Assembly: GCA_965250085.1 (NCBI GenBank)
Contig: OZ252287.1
Location: 448,001-512,000 of the forward strand
Direction of reading: 5' to 3'
DNA from: Candidatus Altimarinota bacterium
GTDB taxonomy: Bacteria > Patescibacteriota > Gracilibacteria > CAIRYL01
DNA: 64,000 bases
The notes under the pieces were generated by a model, which saw only the letters and a list, made by a program, of their open reading frames with translations, had not been told where the DNA came from and did no database searches. Positions within the stretch are counted from its first letter, which is position 1. Every line of letters starts with the position of its first letter. The position numbers and the translations under genes were made by a program. Positions 29,790 through 40,793 of this stretch are shown here, in pieces.

Positions 29790-32132
29790 ATGGCAAAAAT
29801 GATACGAATGGCGCACGTCGCCAAACATCTTGGCATTCCTTCTCAACAACTCAGAACATTGCTCTCTGAGGTCAATTTTGGCATCAAACCAACAGATCGT
29901 GAAGTGGAAGAAGGTGTCGCTTCTGGCATCGTGCGAGTAGCTTCCCAAAGACTTGGTATCAAATGCGAACCCTTTCCAGTCGAATCAGCAGAAGGATTAG
30001 AAGATGAAGCGCTCCAAGACACTGAGGAAACAGAAGTGTCATCTCAAACCGAAAAGAAAACAGCTCCTTCTGCTCTTTCAAAACTCAGCACTATTGCCGA
30101 AAAATCAAAGGAAGATATTCAAAAGAAGAAACAAGAACAACAAGAATCTCCTAAAAAACCTGGAATTCTCAGAAAAATAGAAATTTCACCTGAAGCGGCT
30201 GCAGAAGCGAAAGAACGAATGAAAGAGCAAGAAGAAGAACGCAGAAGACTGAAAGAAGAAAGAGAGCAAGAATCTCTGGAGCGCAAATTGCAACAAAAGA
30301 AAAAACAAGAACAGATTTTTACAAAAAAAGAAGGAACGGTAGAGCTTCCTGAAATGTTACCCGTAAAAGAGTTTGCAGAAAAAGTTGGTGTTCCCACCTC
30401 ACAGATTTTGAAGTCACTTATCAAAAATGGAGTTATGGCAACTCTCAACACCACTATTGATTTTGAAACTGCCGCTATTATTGCTGAAGAATTTGAAGTT
30501 CAGGTCAGAAAAGGACAAATAGAAGCTTCCTCTGAAAGTCTCTTTTTGGGGAACTTGAAAGAACTCCTCAATGATGAGCCAGAAAACATGACTGAAAGAC
30601 CTCCGGTAATAGTTGTCATGGGGCACGTTGATCACGGAAAAACGAGTATTTTGGATGCTATCCGTAAAACAAAAGTGGTGGAAGGAGAGGCGGGTGGTAT
30701 TACTCAGCACATTGGTGCATATCAGGTAGAAAAAAATAACAGGCTCATTACTTTTCTCGATACTCCCGGACATGAAGCTTTTACTTCAATGCGTGCTCGA
30801 GGTGCCAAAACAGCTGACATTGCTATCCTTGTTGTTGCTGGTGATGAAGGCATCAAACCGCAAACTGTAGAAGCTATTAATCATGCCAAAGATGCAGAAG
30901 TGCCCATTATTGTGGCAATGAACAAAATGGATAAACAAAATGTAAACCCAGATAAGGTAAAAGGAGAACTCGCAGAGCACGAACTTCAGCCAGAAGACTG
31001 GGGTGGAGAGACTCCTGTTATCCCTGTTTCAGCGTATACAGGAAAAGGGATTGAAGATCTTTTAGAAATTGTTGTGTTGCAGGCTGATCTTCTGGAGTTA
31101 AAAGCGAATTCAAATCGATCTGCAGTGGGAACTGTCGTCGAGGCACACTTAGATCCTTCCATGGGACCTGTCGCTACTATCTTAATAAATACCGGGACTC
31201 TCAAGGTAAAAGATACATTTTTGCTGGGGACACTGGGCGGGAGAATTAAAACAATGATTGATGATACTGGTACAAAGCTTTCTGAGGTCCCTCCTTCTGG
31301 AGCAGTGCAAATTTCTGGCATCAGTAAAGTTCCCGAAGCAGGAGATATTTTGCAAGTGTTTGAAAACGAAAAACTCATGAAAGCAAAGCTTTATGAAATA
31401 AAGACACTCCATTTGGAAAACCACGGCATCGGACTTGGAGTTTCTGAAATTATCAATCAATTACAACACGGGGAGATGAAGTTTCTCAAAGTTGTCCTTA
31501 AAGCAGATACAAACGGCTCATTACAAGCAGTTGAGCAGGCCTTAGCAAAAATAAAACATGAAGAAGTCGGAGCTAAAATAATCCATTCAGCGGTGGGGGC
31601 CATTACTGAAACTGATGTCATGATGGCAGCAGCGAGCCAGGGCGTAGTAATTGGATTTAATGTAATTATATCTCCTCGAGTGAAAAGAATTGCTGAAAAA
31701 GAAGGAGTAGAGATTATGAATTACGATATCATTTATAAGCTAACTGAGGACGTGGAAAAAATTCTGACCGGACTCCTGGAACCCGAGGAAATCGAAACGA
31801 TTCATGGCTCAGCAACAGTAAAAGCAGTGTTTTATACTCAGAAAAAAATGATGATTGTTGGATGCTCTGTCGATTCGGGAAAAATAAAACAAAAAGCCAA
31901 AGTTCGTATTTTCCGAAAGGGAGAAGGAGAAAACGAAGAAGGAGAAACCATAGAAATGGAAGTCCAAGCAGGAGAAGGTGTCATTGCATCACTTCAGCAT
32001 TTTGAATCAAAAGTGAAAGAAGTGGAAAAAGGGAACGAATGTGGAATCCAATTTGAAGGAAAGATTTCAATTGAAGAGGGAGATCGTATTGAGTGCTATC
32101 AAATTGAAAGCAGAATCAGAACACTGAAATAA
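29790..32132 (+). CDS. infB: Translation initiation factor IF-2
   Basis: [32 protein letters not shown]. Confidence 0.98.
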   Translation: MAKMIRMAHVAKHLGIPSQQLRTLLSEVNFGIKPTDREVEEGVASGIVRVASQRLGIKCEPFPVESAEGLEDEALQDTEETEVSSQTEKKTAPSALSKLSTIAEKSKEDIQKKKQEQQESPKKPGILRKIEISPEAAAEAKERMKEQEEERRRLKEEREQESLERKLQQKKKQEQIFTKKEGTVELPEMLPVKEFAEKVGVPTSQILKSLIKNGVMATLNTTIDFETAAIIAEEFEVQVRKGQIEASSESLFLGNLKELLNDEPENMTERPPVIVVMGHVDHGKTSILDAIRKTKVVEGEAGGITQHIGAYQVEKNNRLITFLDTPGHEAFTSMRARGAKTADIAILVVAGDEGIKPQTVEAINHAKDAEVPIIVAMNKMDKQNVNPDKVKGELAEHELQPEDWGGETPVIPVSAYTGKGIEDLLEIVVLQADLLELKANSNRSAVGTVVEAHLDPSMGPVATILINTGTLKVKDTFLLGTLGGRIKTMIDDTGTKLSEVPPSGAVQISGISKVPEAGDILQVFENEKLMKAKLYEIKTLHLENHGIGLGVSEIINQLQHGEMKFLKVVLKADTNGSLQAVEQALAKIKHEEVGAKIIHSAVGAITETDVMMAAASQGVVIGFNVIISPRVKRIAEKEGVEIMNYDIIYKLTEDVEKILTGLLEPEEIETIHGSATVKAVFYTQKKMMIVGCSVDSGKIKQKAKVRIFRKGEGENEEGETIEMEVQAGEGVIASLQHFESKVKEVEKGNECGIQFEGKISIEEGDRIECYQIESRIRTLK

Positions 32133-32204
32133 GTGATCAGTTGTCAGTGAATCGGTTATAAGTATTTAAAATATACTGACTACCGACTGCTTACTACTGA
32201 CAAC
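32130..32204. repeat. Gene-less inverted heptamer-array element, family B
   Basis: tgatcag ttgtcag ... actgact accgact gcttact actgaca between two convergent stop codons; same units as 32551-33000. Confidence 0.8.
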
Positions 32205-32534
32205 TTACCCTATTACTCGAACGATAAGTTCAACCACCCCATACGCTACGAGTGCGAGAATGAGTCCAAACATTGTCCATTTGAATGTCCGCTTTGCCTG
32301 AGCCTGTTTTTCATCATCTCCTGCCGAGAGAGCATATTGAATACCACCGATGACCAACATAAGAACTGCAATAATCCCTGCAACCGTGAGGAGCACGTCG
32401 GAAAATTGACTGAGTATTTCTGGAATATTTACATCCTCTCCTCCCGGAAGATCTGTAGGAGGAGTATATTCCCCTATTTCCTGAGCAGAAGCGAGGTGCG
32501 GAAGGAAAAATAAGAATATGAAGAGTTTTTTCAT
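32205..32534 (-). CDS. TrbC/VirB2-like pilin (T4SS pilin family)
   Basis: Signal peptide plus IAVLMLVIGGIQYALSAGDDEKQAQAK..GLIL. Confidence 0.85.
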   Translation of the reverse strand: MKKLFIFLFFLPHLASAQEIGEYTPPTDLPGGEDVNIPEILSQFSDVLLTVAGIIAVLMLVIGGIQYALSAGDDEKQAQAKRTFKWTMFGLILALVAYGVVELIVRVIG

Positions 32535-32550
32535 GGATCAGAATTATAAA

Positions 32551-33000
32551 TAGTAAGTAATCAGTTGTAAGTTGTCAGTTGTAAGTTGTCAGTAAAATTA
32601 TTTTTGGACCTTCATCCAACCATCAAGGGTTTTACCTATTTCATCAGCAAGATCCGAAAGATCTCTATAATTTTTGAAAGAAATATACTTAAGATCTTGT
32701 GCGAGTAATAGCTGATATTTTACTTCTTCCAATGAGCTTTGAGAAATATTATAAAAGTGCAGCGAGTCATTTTTGCCCTTTCTTTTAAATCCTTCTGCAA
32801 TATTTGATGGAATTGAAATCGCAGCCCTTCTTATCTGCGAAGTGAGCCCAAATGTCTCTGATTTTGGAAATTTTTCACTCAGCTTATAAACTTGTAAAAC
32901 AAACTCATGGGACTTTTGCCAGGCAATAATCTCTGTAAATTTTTTGATAATCATGAGAAAAAGTAAAACTGACTACTGACTCACTGACTACTGATTTACT
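32551..33000. mobile_element. Putative element: intact four-helix-bundle gene enclosed by inverted heptamer arrays (family B)
   Basis: Left arm taatcag ttgtaag ttgtcag ttgtaag ttgtcag (32551-32595); right arm actgact actgact cactgact actgatt (32968-33000). Confidence 0.6.
32598..32954 (-). CDS. Four helix bundle protein (TIGR02436/23S rRNA IVP-like)
   Basis: AWQKS..FPKSETFGLTSQIRRAAISIPSNIAEG..SLEEVKYQLLLAQDLKYI. Confidence 0.95.
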   Translation of the reverse strand: MIIKKFTEIIAWQKSHEFVLQVYKLSEKFPKSETFGLTSQIRRAAISIPSNIAEGFKRKGKNDSLHFYNISQSSLEEVKYQLLLAQDLKYISFKNYRDLSDLADEIGKTLDGWMKVQK

Positions 33001-33002
33001 CT

Positions 33003-33590
33003 CTATGAAGCGATAATACTAATGACCCATTGAAGAATGAAGTATGCTCCCAGAGCAACTCCCAGACCAATAAGTGAAAACTTGAGACCCCTTTTGGCTC
33101 CGTCCAATTTGTCCGGATCCCCTGCCGAAAGCATATATTGAATGCCATTGTATATCAGAGTGATGACCGAAACTCCTCCCACTGCCCCCAAAAGAATGTT
33201 GGTGATATTTTTGATGACCTCTGTTGCATCATTCAGCGTTGCAGATCCTTCTATTGCTCCAGTTGGCTTCTGGAGAACCGCAAAGAGAATACCCGAAAAA
33301 AGCATGAGCACTGTAGAGATCAGGGCTCCACTAATGACCTGTTTCGCATTGTCTACTCTCTCTTCATCGCCAGACGATGCCATATACATGACTCCTCCCA
33401 CAATCAGCATGATAACCGAAACGCCAAATATGACCTGCGTTCCCCACGCCCAGATCTGAGAAATATATTCTCCAAACGTTTTTACTTCACCCACCTCTGT
33501 TTCGACGGCAAAAGCGAGGGGGAGAAAAAGAAAGAAAGAAAAGAGTGCAATAGAGAAGCGCCTAAGGATTGACAAAGTTGTTATAATCAT
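33003..33590 (-). CDS. Tandem TrbC/VirB2-like pilin (two pilin units)
   Basis: IVGGVMYMASSGDEERVDNAK and IYNGIQYMLSAGDPDKLDGAK. Confidence 0.85.
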   Translation of the reverse strand: MIITTLSILRRFSIALFSFFLFLPLAFAVETEVGEVKTFGEYISQIWAWGTQVIFGVSVIMLIVGGVMYMASSGDEERVDNAKQVISGALISTVLMLFSGILFAVLQKPTGAIEGSATLNDATEVIKNITNILLGAVGGVSVITLIYNGIQYMLSAGDPDKLDGAKRGLKFSLIGLGVALGAYFILQWVISIIAS

Positions 33591-33625
33591 TATTATGATA
33601 ACCTTTACTCTTCCTCCAGTATAAT

Positions 33626-34048
33626 ATGAAACGAGGTGGAAAAGAAATATTCATTGGGGCTTTCTTTGTCACAACAGCACTCTCACACGAAGCACAAGCA
33701 GATACTTCTGGGGGCAAAGCATTAGAGTTGATACAAAATGTTCGATCAAAAGTTGCATCAATGCAAAACTCTGATCTTCCAGAAACAGTTTCTGCACCAG
33801 CCTGTTTTTATCCGACAGAAGAATCAAAAGGAACAACTATGATATGCGTTGATGAAAGTCGGAACCTCTTACAGATCGATTGGTCACAAAAGGGATTTAC
33901 TCTTTCTGAACCTCTTGCTGAGAGGCAATGTACTTATGACACGGAGGGAAATCTAGGGGATAATTCATCGAATCAAGACGAGTGTAATGCCATGATGGAT
34001 CTCTTGGGAGAACTGATGACAGCAGCACCAACTGCTAGATTTATGTGA
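33626..34048 (+). CDS. Hypothetical secreted protein
   Basis: Signal-like N-terminus (AQA), four Cys; TTGACA-N16-TATTAT upstream. Confidence 0.6.
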   Translation: MKRGGKEIFIGAFFVTTALSHEAQADTSGGKALELIQNVRSKVASMQNSDLPETVSAPACFYPTEESKGTTMICVDESRNLLQIDWSQKGFTLSEPLAERQCTYDTEGNLGDNSSNQDECNAMMDLLGELMTAAPTARFM

Positions 34049-34131
34049 TTGTAAGTGCATAAAAAAGTACGGGGAAAAAACTTGACAAGAAGAAGAAGTG
34101 AGAAGGTGCTTTTACTTTATTCCAAAATTTT

Positions 34132-34377
34132 ATGAAAGAAGAACCAATTCTAGACAATGATACAGTTATAGAGTGTCGGGGGGCGCGTCCTGATACTACG
34201 CGAAATGAAGTTAAAGCGGTTGTGTACCTCTTTCGAGATGGATCAACGAAGATCTTGTGTTCGAGACTTGAAGGTGATAGTAATTGCCATTTAGAAAGTG
34301 CTAGGGCGATGCCCGGTTTTCTTTCAGCCCGTAGTGAGGAGACCCTTCCTTGTCCGTACAAAAAACCACCCCGCTAG
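34132..34377 (+). CDS. Small hypothetical protein with four Cys
   Basis: 81 aa ORF with ATG start after AT-rich leader. Confidence 0.5.
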   Translation: MKEEPILDNDTVIECRGARPDTTRNEVKAVVYLFRDGSTKILCSRLEGDSNCHLESARAMPGFLSARSEETLPCPYKKPPR

Positions 34378-34553
34378 TGCGCATCTGTCTCTGACCATGA
34401 GCATTTATTGGATGGTGACGCATGCAAAATATAAAATCTGGTTCGATATAATCATTGAATCAACAATTTCCCACGTTCGCTCGAGTCAAAAAGACTCGAG
34501 CATTAGTAAAAAACAAAGTTTCAGTCGAAAAGACTAAAACCAACATATTTTTT

Positions 34554-34581
34554 GTAGATATTGATTGCAATCAATACCTAC
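34554..34581. repeat. GTAG-type REP palindrome
   Basis: gtagatattgattgcaatcaatacctac; same core as 16662-16687. Confidence 0.8.
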
Positions 34582-34613
34582 AATGTAATTGTACATTCCA
34601 CATTATAAAATGT

Positions 34614-36764
34614 TCACATCCTCTCTAGTGGAGCAATGCTCGCCGCAAAGCGTTTTATAGTACCATTACCAAAATCAATAGTAAGAATGTCTCCTTCAAT
34701 CTCAGTGATTTTTCCTTTCCCAAACTGAGGATGTATTACTGTCTCATTTGGAGTATATACTTCCAGATGGGCTTCATCATCATATTCATAACTGAGCTCG
34801 TAGTCTGAATCATTCTCTTCTTCCTCATCACAAAATCGTGAAGGCAGGGAGTCTGTATCCACGGATCCAAGAGGAATCTCCTGGAGAAATCGTGATGGTG
34901 GATTTTCATTAAATCCTCCAAACAAAATACGACTTTTGGCATAAAAGAGAGAGAGTTTTTGCATAGCTCGTGTCATTCCCACATACATCAGTCGGCGCTC
35001 TTCTTCCAAATGATCTGGCTCAAACAGTGATCTGGAATGCGGAAAAATGTTTTCTTCACATCCCACAATAAAAACAACAGGAAACTCCAATCCCTTGACG
35101 GCATGGAGCGTCATGAATGTAATGGTATCAGTTGCATCATCCATCGTGTCCGTATCAGATATCAGTGCCACTTCTTCGAGAAAAAGTCGCAAAGAATCCT
35201 CAGGAGATACGTGATCATATTTTTGTGCGACAGAAAGAAGCTCTTGCACATTCTCCCATCGATTTTCTCCTTCCAGTGTTCCATCTTTCAAGAATGACTC
35301 AAATTGAATTTTTTCGACAACCTCTATCAAAAATTCTGAAGCCGACCTTGTGGGAGCAATAGCCCTGAGTGAACGAATGATACTCTCAAATTTTTGAATG
35401 GCGTTGCGAGCAGATGGAGCAATTCCATCTGCCATTTCAATATGTTTGAGCACCTCTCCCACTGACATTTCTTTTTGCTTCGCAAAATTGAGAATTTTGT
35501 TGACCGTTACTGCTCCAATCTTTCGTAAAGGTTTATTGATGATTCGCTGGAAAGAAACAGTGTCTGATCCGTTTTGTACAAAACGCATATAAGCGATCAA
35601 ATCCTTGATTTCCGCTCGTTCATAAAACCGAATGCCTCCCACAATTTGGTAGGGGATACTGTGACGAAGCGCTGCTTCTTCCAGTATTCGACTCTGAGCG
35701 TTCGTGCGATACAGCACCACAATATCATTTGCACTGTACTGATCTTGGCGAACAAGAGAGGCAATTTCATGTATCACGCGTTCGGCTTCTTCACGTTCAT
35801 TTTCTGTTTCTACAATTCGCACGAGATCTCCATATCCCGCTTGAGTAAACATCGTTTTTTTGACTCTCGAGAGATTGTTGGCAATCACTGTATCTGCTGC
35901 ATCAAGAATATGCTGGTGAGATCGGTAATTTTGTTCAAGTTTTATGATTTTTGCTTCTGAATAGTTCTTTTCAAAATCGAGAATGTTTTGAAGATCTGCT
36001 CCACGAAAAGAGTAAATCGCCTGATCAGAGTCTCCAATGGCACAAATATTCCGATATTTCTCCGCGAGGAGACTGGCAAGCATGTATTGCGCATGATTGG
36101 TGTCCTGATATTCATCAATCGAAATAAACTGCCATCGGTTTTGGTATTTTTCAAGAATATTTGGAAAATCCTGAAAGAGCTGTACCGGAAGGACCAGGAG
36201 ATCGTCAAAATCTACTGCTCCCGCATCACGAAGTCTGCGCTCGTATTCATGGTATACACCTGCTACCATACGCTGATAACTATTGTCCGCCAAAGAGTCA
36301 TATTGATCTGGGTGCATAAGCGCATTTTTTGCAGCAGAAATGTGAGAAAGCATTGCCTTGGGGGTATATTTTTTTACATCAATATTTTGATCCTTGAGAA
36401 TGTGTCGCATCAAACTTTTGGTGTCAGTAGTATCAAAAATAGAAAAGTTTTTGTCATGTCCCAAATGCTCCATTTCTACTCTGAGAATACGAACCCCCAG
36501 GGCATGAAAAGTACCGATAAACGGCATGGAGCTTTGCTGTCCCAAAAGAGATTCGATTCTTTCTTTCATCTCTCCAGCTGCCTTATTGGTAAATGTGACC
36601 GCCAAAATATTATGAGGTCCAATACCTCTCTCTATCATATACGCTACCCGATGTGTGAGAACTCGTGTTTTCCCGGATCCAGCACCTGCCACCACAAGCA
36701 GTGGTCCCTTGATGCATTTGACTGCCTCTATCTGCCGCTCATTCAAATCCTGCAAAATATCCAC
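34614..36764 (-). CDS. pcrA: ATP-dependent DNA helicase PcrA/UvrD
   Basis: AGAGSGKTR, DEYQDTN, GDSDQAIY, LEQNYRS, TLHAVKGLEF, EEERRLMYVGMTRA; GTG start at 36764. Confidence 0.96.
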   Translation of the reverse strand: MDILQDLNERQIEAVKCIKGPLLVVAGAGSGKTRVLTHRVAYMIERGIGPHNILAVTFTNKAAGEMKERIESLLGQQSSMPFIGTFHALGVRILRVEMEHLGHDKNFSIFDTTDTKSLMRHILKDQNIDVKKYTPKAMLSHISAAKNALMHPDQYDSLADNSYQRMVAGVYHEYERRLRDAGAVDFDDLLVLPVQLFQDFPNILEKYQNRWQFISIDEYQDTNHAQYMLASLLAEKYRNICAIGDSDQAIYSFRGADLQNILDFEKNYSEAKIIKLEQNYRSHQHILDAADTVIANNLSRVKKTMFTQAGYGDLVRIVETENEREEAERVIHEIASLVRQDQYSANDIVVLYRTNAQSRILEEAALRHSIPYQIVGGIRFYERAEIKDLIAYMRFVQNGSDTVSFQRIINKPLRKIGAVTVNKILNFAKQKEMSVGEVLKHIEMADGIAPSARNAIQKFESIIRSLRAIAPTRSASEFLIEVVEKIQFESFLKDGTLEGENRWENVQELLSVAQKYDHVSPEDSLRLFLEEVALISDTDTMDDATDTITFMTLHAVKGLEFPVVFIVGCEENIFPHSRSLFEPDHLEEERRLMYVGMTRAMQKLSLFYAKSRILFGGFNENPPSRFLQEIPLGSVDTDSLPSRFCDEEEENDSDYELSYEYDDEAHLEVYTPNETVIHPQFGKGKITEIEGDILTIDFGNGTIKRFAASIAPLERM

Positions 36765-36877
36765 AAAATGAATTATAAATTTAAAATTACAAATTATAAA
36801 TGTAATCTCCGGGTTCTTTCCCGTAATTCCTTCGTTCTGCTGACTCCTGACAACTGACTCCTTGTTTCCTATTTTAA

Positions 36878-39130
36878 ATGAAAAGGAATTCGGTATATAA
36901 TCGCCCACGTCAGAAAAAAATATTTATCGCAAAGATGGTCATCTCTTTTTCCAAAATATTCTTTGCAGCACTCATCTTTTTGAGCGCTGTGATTTTGACG
37001 ATGGGCATATTTGAAGATCCATTTGCTCAGGCGGTTCAGAGCTCTTCTCAAGCACAATGCCTTGGGTGGGATGGAACATGGGAAGGAAGTACTCAAGGTG
37101 ATGAGCTCAATGGAAAATGTACTATTCCCTATTTTGCATCTTCTCCAGATTTCGCTTCTGGCACATGGATCGCTTGTAAAAGGTTTAAAATGAAGGGTGA
37201 CGGAGCGGAAAATGGAATACTCGATAGTGGGTTTTGTAACAATGATTCCAGTGTTATCGATCAACCAGTGTGGTCTCTCCATAATTTTGAGACATATAGT
37301 GGCTCAGGATATACAAGAAAATCGATAGTAAAATCTGGTATTTGGAATCTTTCAAACAAAACAGGTCCTGTCAACTGCGGAATAAATGCAAATGCACTCA
37401 ACATGTATTTAGATACTGCAAACTGGTCAACAACAGGTGATTTTTGTGTCCCCATGGGGCAAAAACTCAAATCCAATCTCGATTACACCAAGACAACCTC
37501 TTCTGATTTTTATGAAGACTGTATTCTTTCGGAAACATGCGGATGTGGATCAGGATTTGTCCCTCTCGGGACACTCTATGAATTTGATGGCTCTCATATT
37601 CTTGACGGTAATTTATTGGCTCTGACGGATCCAAATGGTGAAAACTACAGAGTGCAGACTTTTAGTTCTGGTACAGATATAGAAGGCGGGCAATGTACAA
37701 ATGAAAAAATTGTAAAATGCCTTTTGCTCAATAACAGAAGTGATACAGAGTATAAGGTCATAAGTGGTCAAGAGAGGTGTATAGTCCCTGTTTCTCCTCC
37801 GGTTATTCATTACTGGATAGGAGGTACATGGTCTGCAAATCCCTGTTCAGATGGGCAAAAATTGGAAACCAATGGAACATGTAGCACCTGCACAGCGTCG
37901 GCGGATGAGGGCAATACTGCTTGCTGTCAAAACACAACCAAGTGGTGGCATGCCGGCACTGGTGGCTCTGGAACATGCTACAAACCAAAACAATACGAAT
38001 GTGAAGTCATCATAAAAAAAGCTGTCTTTTCTCCTGTACCAGCTGCATATGATGGGTACACACATGCAGGAAAGGCTCCTTCCGCCGTATTTCGAAATAC
38101 TGATAACACCTGTCGTATCTCTTGCGATGATGCCGATGCCAATTTTTCTGATCTTGGACTTCCCATCAATGATCCCAGCACGACTGCTACCAATTGGCAG
38201 TGGAAATCTTTCGCCAGCACCCTTGACCTCAATATGAACAATACTTCTGCTCCATTTTTTGCGGGAACGTCAGCCAGTGGATCGCAATGTGACTGGGAAT
38301 GCGAAAGCGGATACGTAAAAAATGGAAATGTCTGTGATCAGAGTTCTACCACCAATCCAACTCCTGACGGAACCAATGTCGATTATGATCCGACAAATCT
38401 TCCTGATGAAGTCATTCATCCGGGAATAAATGTCAGAGACTATGACGCCTTGACACAAAAAAGACCTGCCGATTGGACGGATTCTCAGGATTACTTCCTT
38501 TCACCCGGAAAAGACGGAAACACCGACACATGGCTCAGATTTCAAATTCTCAAAGACCCTGATACAGGCAATGTGGGTGAAGGCGGAGAGCTCGATCCCA
38601 GTAACGATGGTGGAGAAATTCTTCGGTGGAAGATAGTGTCCAAAGATACCAATGGCGATCCTCGTACCCTCACCGCTATCCCCGGATGTTTCCCAGGGTC
38701 AGGGAGTGGGACTGCCAGTGAAGGAAGCTCACTCTGCCTGGATCATTTTACCACGGTGACATATTTGGGAACGAAGATGTTATTCAATGATACGGGAACC
38801 CATTATCTAGTTGCTCTGCACAATGTGCACGGACGAGATTCTCTCGATGGAAGCATTTCCACTATTGGTGATTTTCTTTCTTCTGGAGTGCAATATCCTT
38901 CTTTAAAATTGGAATACATCAATGCTCCTCTCAATAAATTTGGACATAAAGTTCCTATTGAATATCAACTTTTGATAGAAAAAAATCTGGCAGGCATCAT
39001 AAATCTTCCCAGTGGAGCAAAGATATTAAAAATTATTGGTGAGATAGGAGGAGTCAAAACAGTTTTGAACGCACGAGTGGGAGGTAAAAAGCTTGCTCCA
39101 TTCCTCAACTACGTAATTTCTGTACGGTAA
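36878..39130 (+). CDS. Large Cys-rich secreted/surface protein
   Basis: N-terminal TM/signal, many Cys/Gly/Thr modules e.g. CDWECESGYVKNGNVC; start may be 36935. Confidence 0.75.
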   Translation: MKRNSVYNRPRQKKIFIAKMVISFSKIFFAALIFLSAVILTMGIFEDPFAQAVQSSSQAQCLGWDGTWEGSTQGDELNGKCTIPYFASSPDFASGTWIACKRFKMKGDGAENGILDSGFCNNDSSVIDQPVWSLHNFETYSGSGYTRKSIVKSGIWNLSNKTGPVNCGINANALNMYLDTANWSTTGDFCVPMGQKLKSNLDYTKTTSSDFYEDCILSETCGCGSGFVPLGTLYEFDGSHILDGNLLALTDPNGENYRVQTFSSGTDIEGGQCTNEKIVKCLLLNNRSDTEYKVISGQERCIVPVSPPVIHYWIGGTWSANPCSDGQKLETNGTCSTCTASADEGNTACCQNTTKWWHAGTGGSGTCYKPKQYECEVIIKKAVFSPVPAAYDGYTHAGKAPSAVFRNTDNTCRISCDDADANFSDLGLPINDPSTTATNWQWKSFASTLDLNMNNTSAPFFAGTSASGSQCDWECESGYVKNGNVCDQSSTTNPTPDGTNVDYDPTNLPDEVIHPGINVRDYDALTQKRPADWTDSQDYFLSPGKDGNTDTWLRFQILKDPDTGNVGEGGELDPSNDGGEILRWKIVSKDTNGDPRTLTAIPGCFPGSGSGTASEGSSLCLDHFTTVTYLGTKMLFNDTGTHYLVALHNVHGRDSLDGSISTIGDFLSSGVQYPSLKLEYINAPLNKFGHKVPIEYQLLIEKNLAGIINLPSGAKILKIIGEIGGVKTVLNARVGGKKLAPFLNYVISVR

Positions 39131-39302
39131 AAACATTTGAAGCTCTTCAAAGCTTGCACCTTTGAAAGTTTTCCTCTAAAATCCCTCGGCATAAAAAACC
39201 GGAAAGATTTGATTGTTTTTTTCTCCTGTCCGCCTCAGGCGGATCAAAAAAACAAGATGATGATCTTTCTCGCGAAATTATAAGGATTTTACCACTTTTT
39301 CT

Positions 39303-39986
39303 ATGAAAATTTCTCTGAATGAAATGGCACAAAATGCAGTGCATTTTGGTCATAAAGCCCCTCGCTGGAATCCCAAAATGAAACCCTATATTCATGGGAA
39401 CAAAAGAGGGATTCATATTATTGACTTGAATAAAACACTTGCAGCACTGGACACCGCTTGTGCTTTTTTGAAAAAAAAATCTGATCAGGGAGGTATGATC
39501 CTCTTTGTTTCTACCAAACCTCAGACCAAGCCACTTCTAGAAGAATTTCATAAAAAAACAGGACATCCTATAGTGGTGAGTAAATGGGTGGGAGGTATGT
39601 TAACCAATTTTCCCACTATACGTGAGCGCATCAAGTATTTAAAATCAATACGAGAGATGATTGTCACAGGGGAAATTGAAAAATTTAATAAAAAAGAACG
39701 TTCTGCTTTGAATAAAGAACGAGAAAAACTCGAGAGAGCATTTGGTGGTATTGCTGAGATGTATCGCCTTCCTGATGCAGTTTTTATAGTAGATGGAAAG
39801 CGTGATGAATCCGTTCTCCGTGAAGCAAAAAAACTTCGCATACCTGTCATTGGACTCGCTGATACCAATGTTGACCCAAGTCTCTACGATATCTTAATTC
39901 CGGGGAATGATGATGCTATTTCTTCCCTCACTTACTTGCTTTCTGCTATCTTTGAGTCAATACAACCTCTCAAGAAGAAGCAATAA
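39303..39986 (+). CDS. rpsB: 30S ribosomal protein S2
   Basis: VHFGHKAPRWNPKMKPYI, WVGGMLTNF, DTNVDP, PGNDDA. Confidence 0.98.
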   Translation: MKISLNEMAQNAVHFGHKAPRWNPKMKPYIHGNKRGIHIIDLNKTLAALDTACAFLKKKSDQGGMILFVSTKPQTKPLLEEFHKKTGHPIVVSKWVGGMLTNFPTIRERIKYLKSIREMIVTGEIEKFNKKERSALNKEREKLERAFGGIAEMYRLPDAVFIVDGKRDESVLREAKKLRIPVIGLADTNVDPSLYDILIPGNDDAISSLTYLLSAIFESIQPLKKKQ

Positions 39987-40007
39987 TTCCCTCCTTTTCC
40001 TCTTCAC

Positions 40008-40718
40008 ATGAATGAAGAACACAACAGTAATCAAGCACATCAAGAAGAACTCTTCCAGAAAGAAAACGGCATGACACGAGATGAAGCTTGGGACAAAGTG
40101 CGTGAATGGCACTTTTCTGGAGATACCGATGCTGCAAAACGAGGATGTCAGATCATTTTGGAATATTTCCCTGACCACGAAGCTCGTGAATTGGTCCACA
40201 AAATGGAGTCAGCAGAGTCTTTGGTTCAGAAGGCAGAAAATACTCTGCCCAGGTCTTCCAAAAAACCTTCACTTCTCTCAGGACTTTTTGGGAAAAAGCA
40301 AAAAAAAGAGCCTTCTGTTGTGCAGGATGTTCCCATTCCTCAAACAGAATCACCTCTCCCTGATTATCAAGCGTCTCCGGAAGAATCAGACTCAATAGAA
40401 AAAGTCCCCGTCCTGGATGACGAAAGACTCTTTGCTACCATTTCATATGCATGGATTTTCTGCATTATTCCTCTCTTTCTCAAGAAAGACAGTATGTTTG
40501 TCCAGTTCCATGCGAAGCAAGGCCTTATAATGGCTCTTTTGTTTACAATTTTTGAATTTACTATTGGAGCATTTTTTCAGGTAGTATTCCCATTTATCGG
40601 AGTTTTAATTCGATTTACATATATTGGACTTATTTTTTATGCCGCATATCAAGCCTACCAAGGTCGATCATGGCGCATCCCTCTTATTTATGGGCTTTCT
40701 CAAAAGATAAAACTTTAG
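40008..40718 (+). CDS. DUF4870-like membrane protein
   Basis: ERLFATISY..FVQFHAKQG..AYQG..WRIPLI. Confidence 0.8.
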   Translation: MNEEHNSNQAHQEELFQKENGMTRDEAWDKVREWHFSGDTDAAKRGCQIILEYFPDHEARELVHKMESAESLVQKAENTLPRSSKKPSLLSGLFGKKQKKEPSVVQDVPIPQTESPLPDYQASPEESDSIEKVPVLDDERLFATISYAWIFCIIPLFLKKDSMFVQFHAKQGLIMALLFTIFEFTIGAFFQVVFPFIGVLIRFTYIGLIFYAAYQAYQGRSWRIPLIYGLSQKIKL

Positions 40719-40793
40719 AAATTTTGAATTCTAAATTTTGAATTATCATTCAACACTTAAACTTTCCACTTTATAACTTTCAACTGATTTCCT

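Noticed and set aside
32598-32954. Four-helix gene as Avd of a local DGR
   Set aside because: No reverse transcriptase or template repeat nearby; sequence fits the TIGR02436/IVP type.
35988-36857. 289-aa antisense ORF (and similar shadows over rnj, infB, ligA)
   Set aside because: Fully antisense to well-conserved genes and lacks recognisable motifs.
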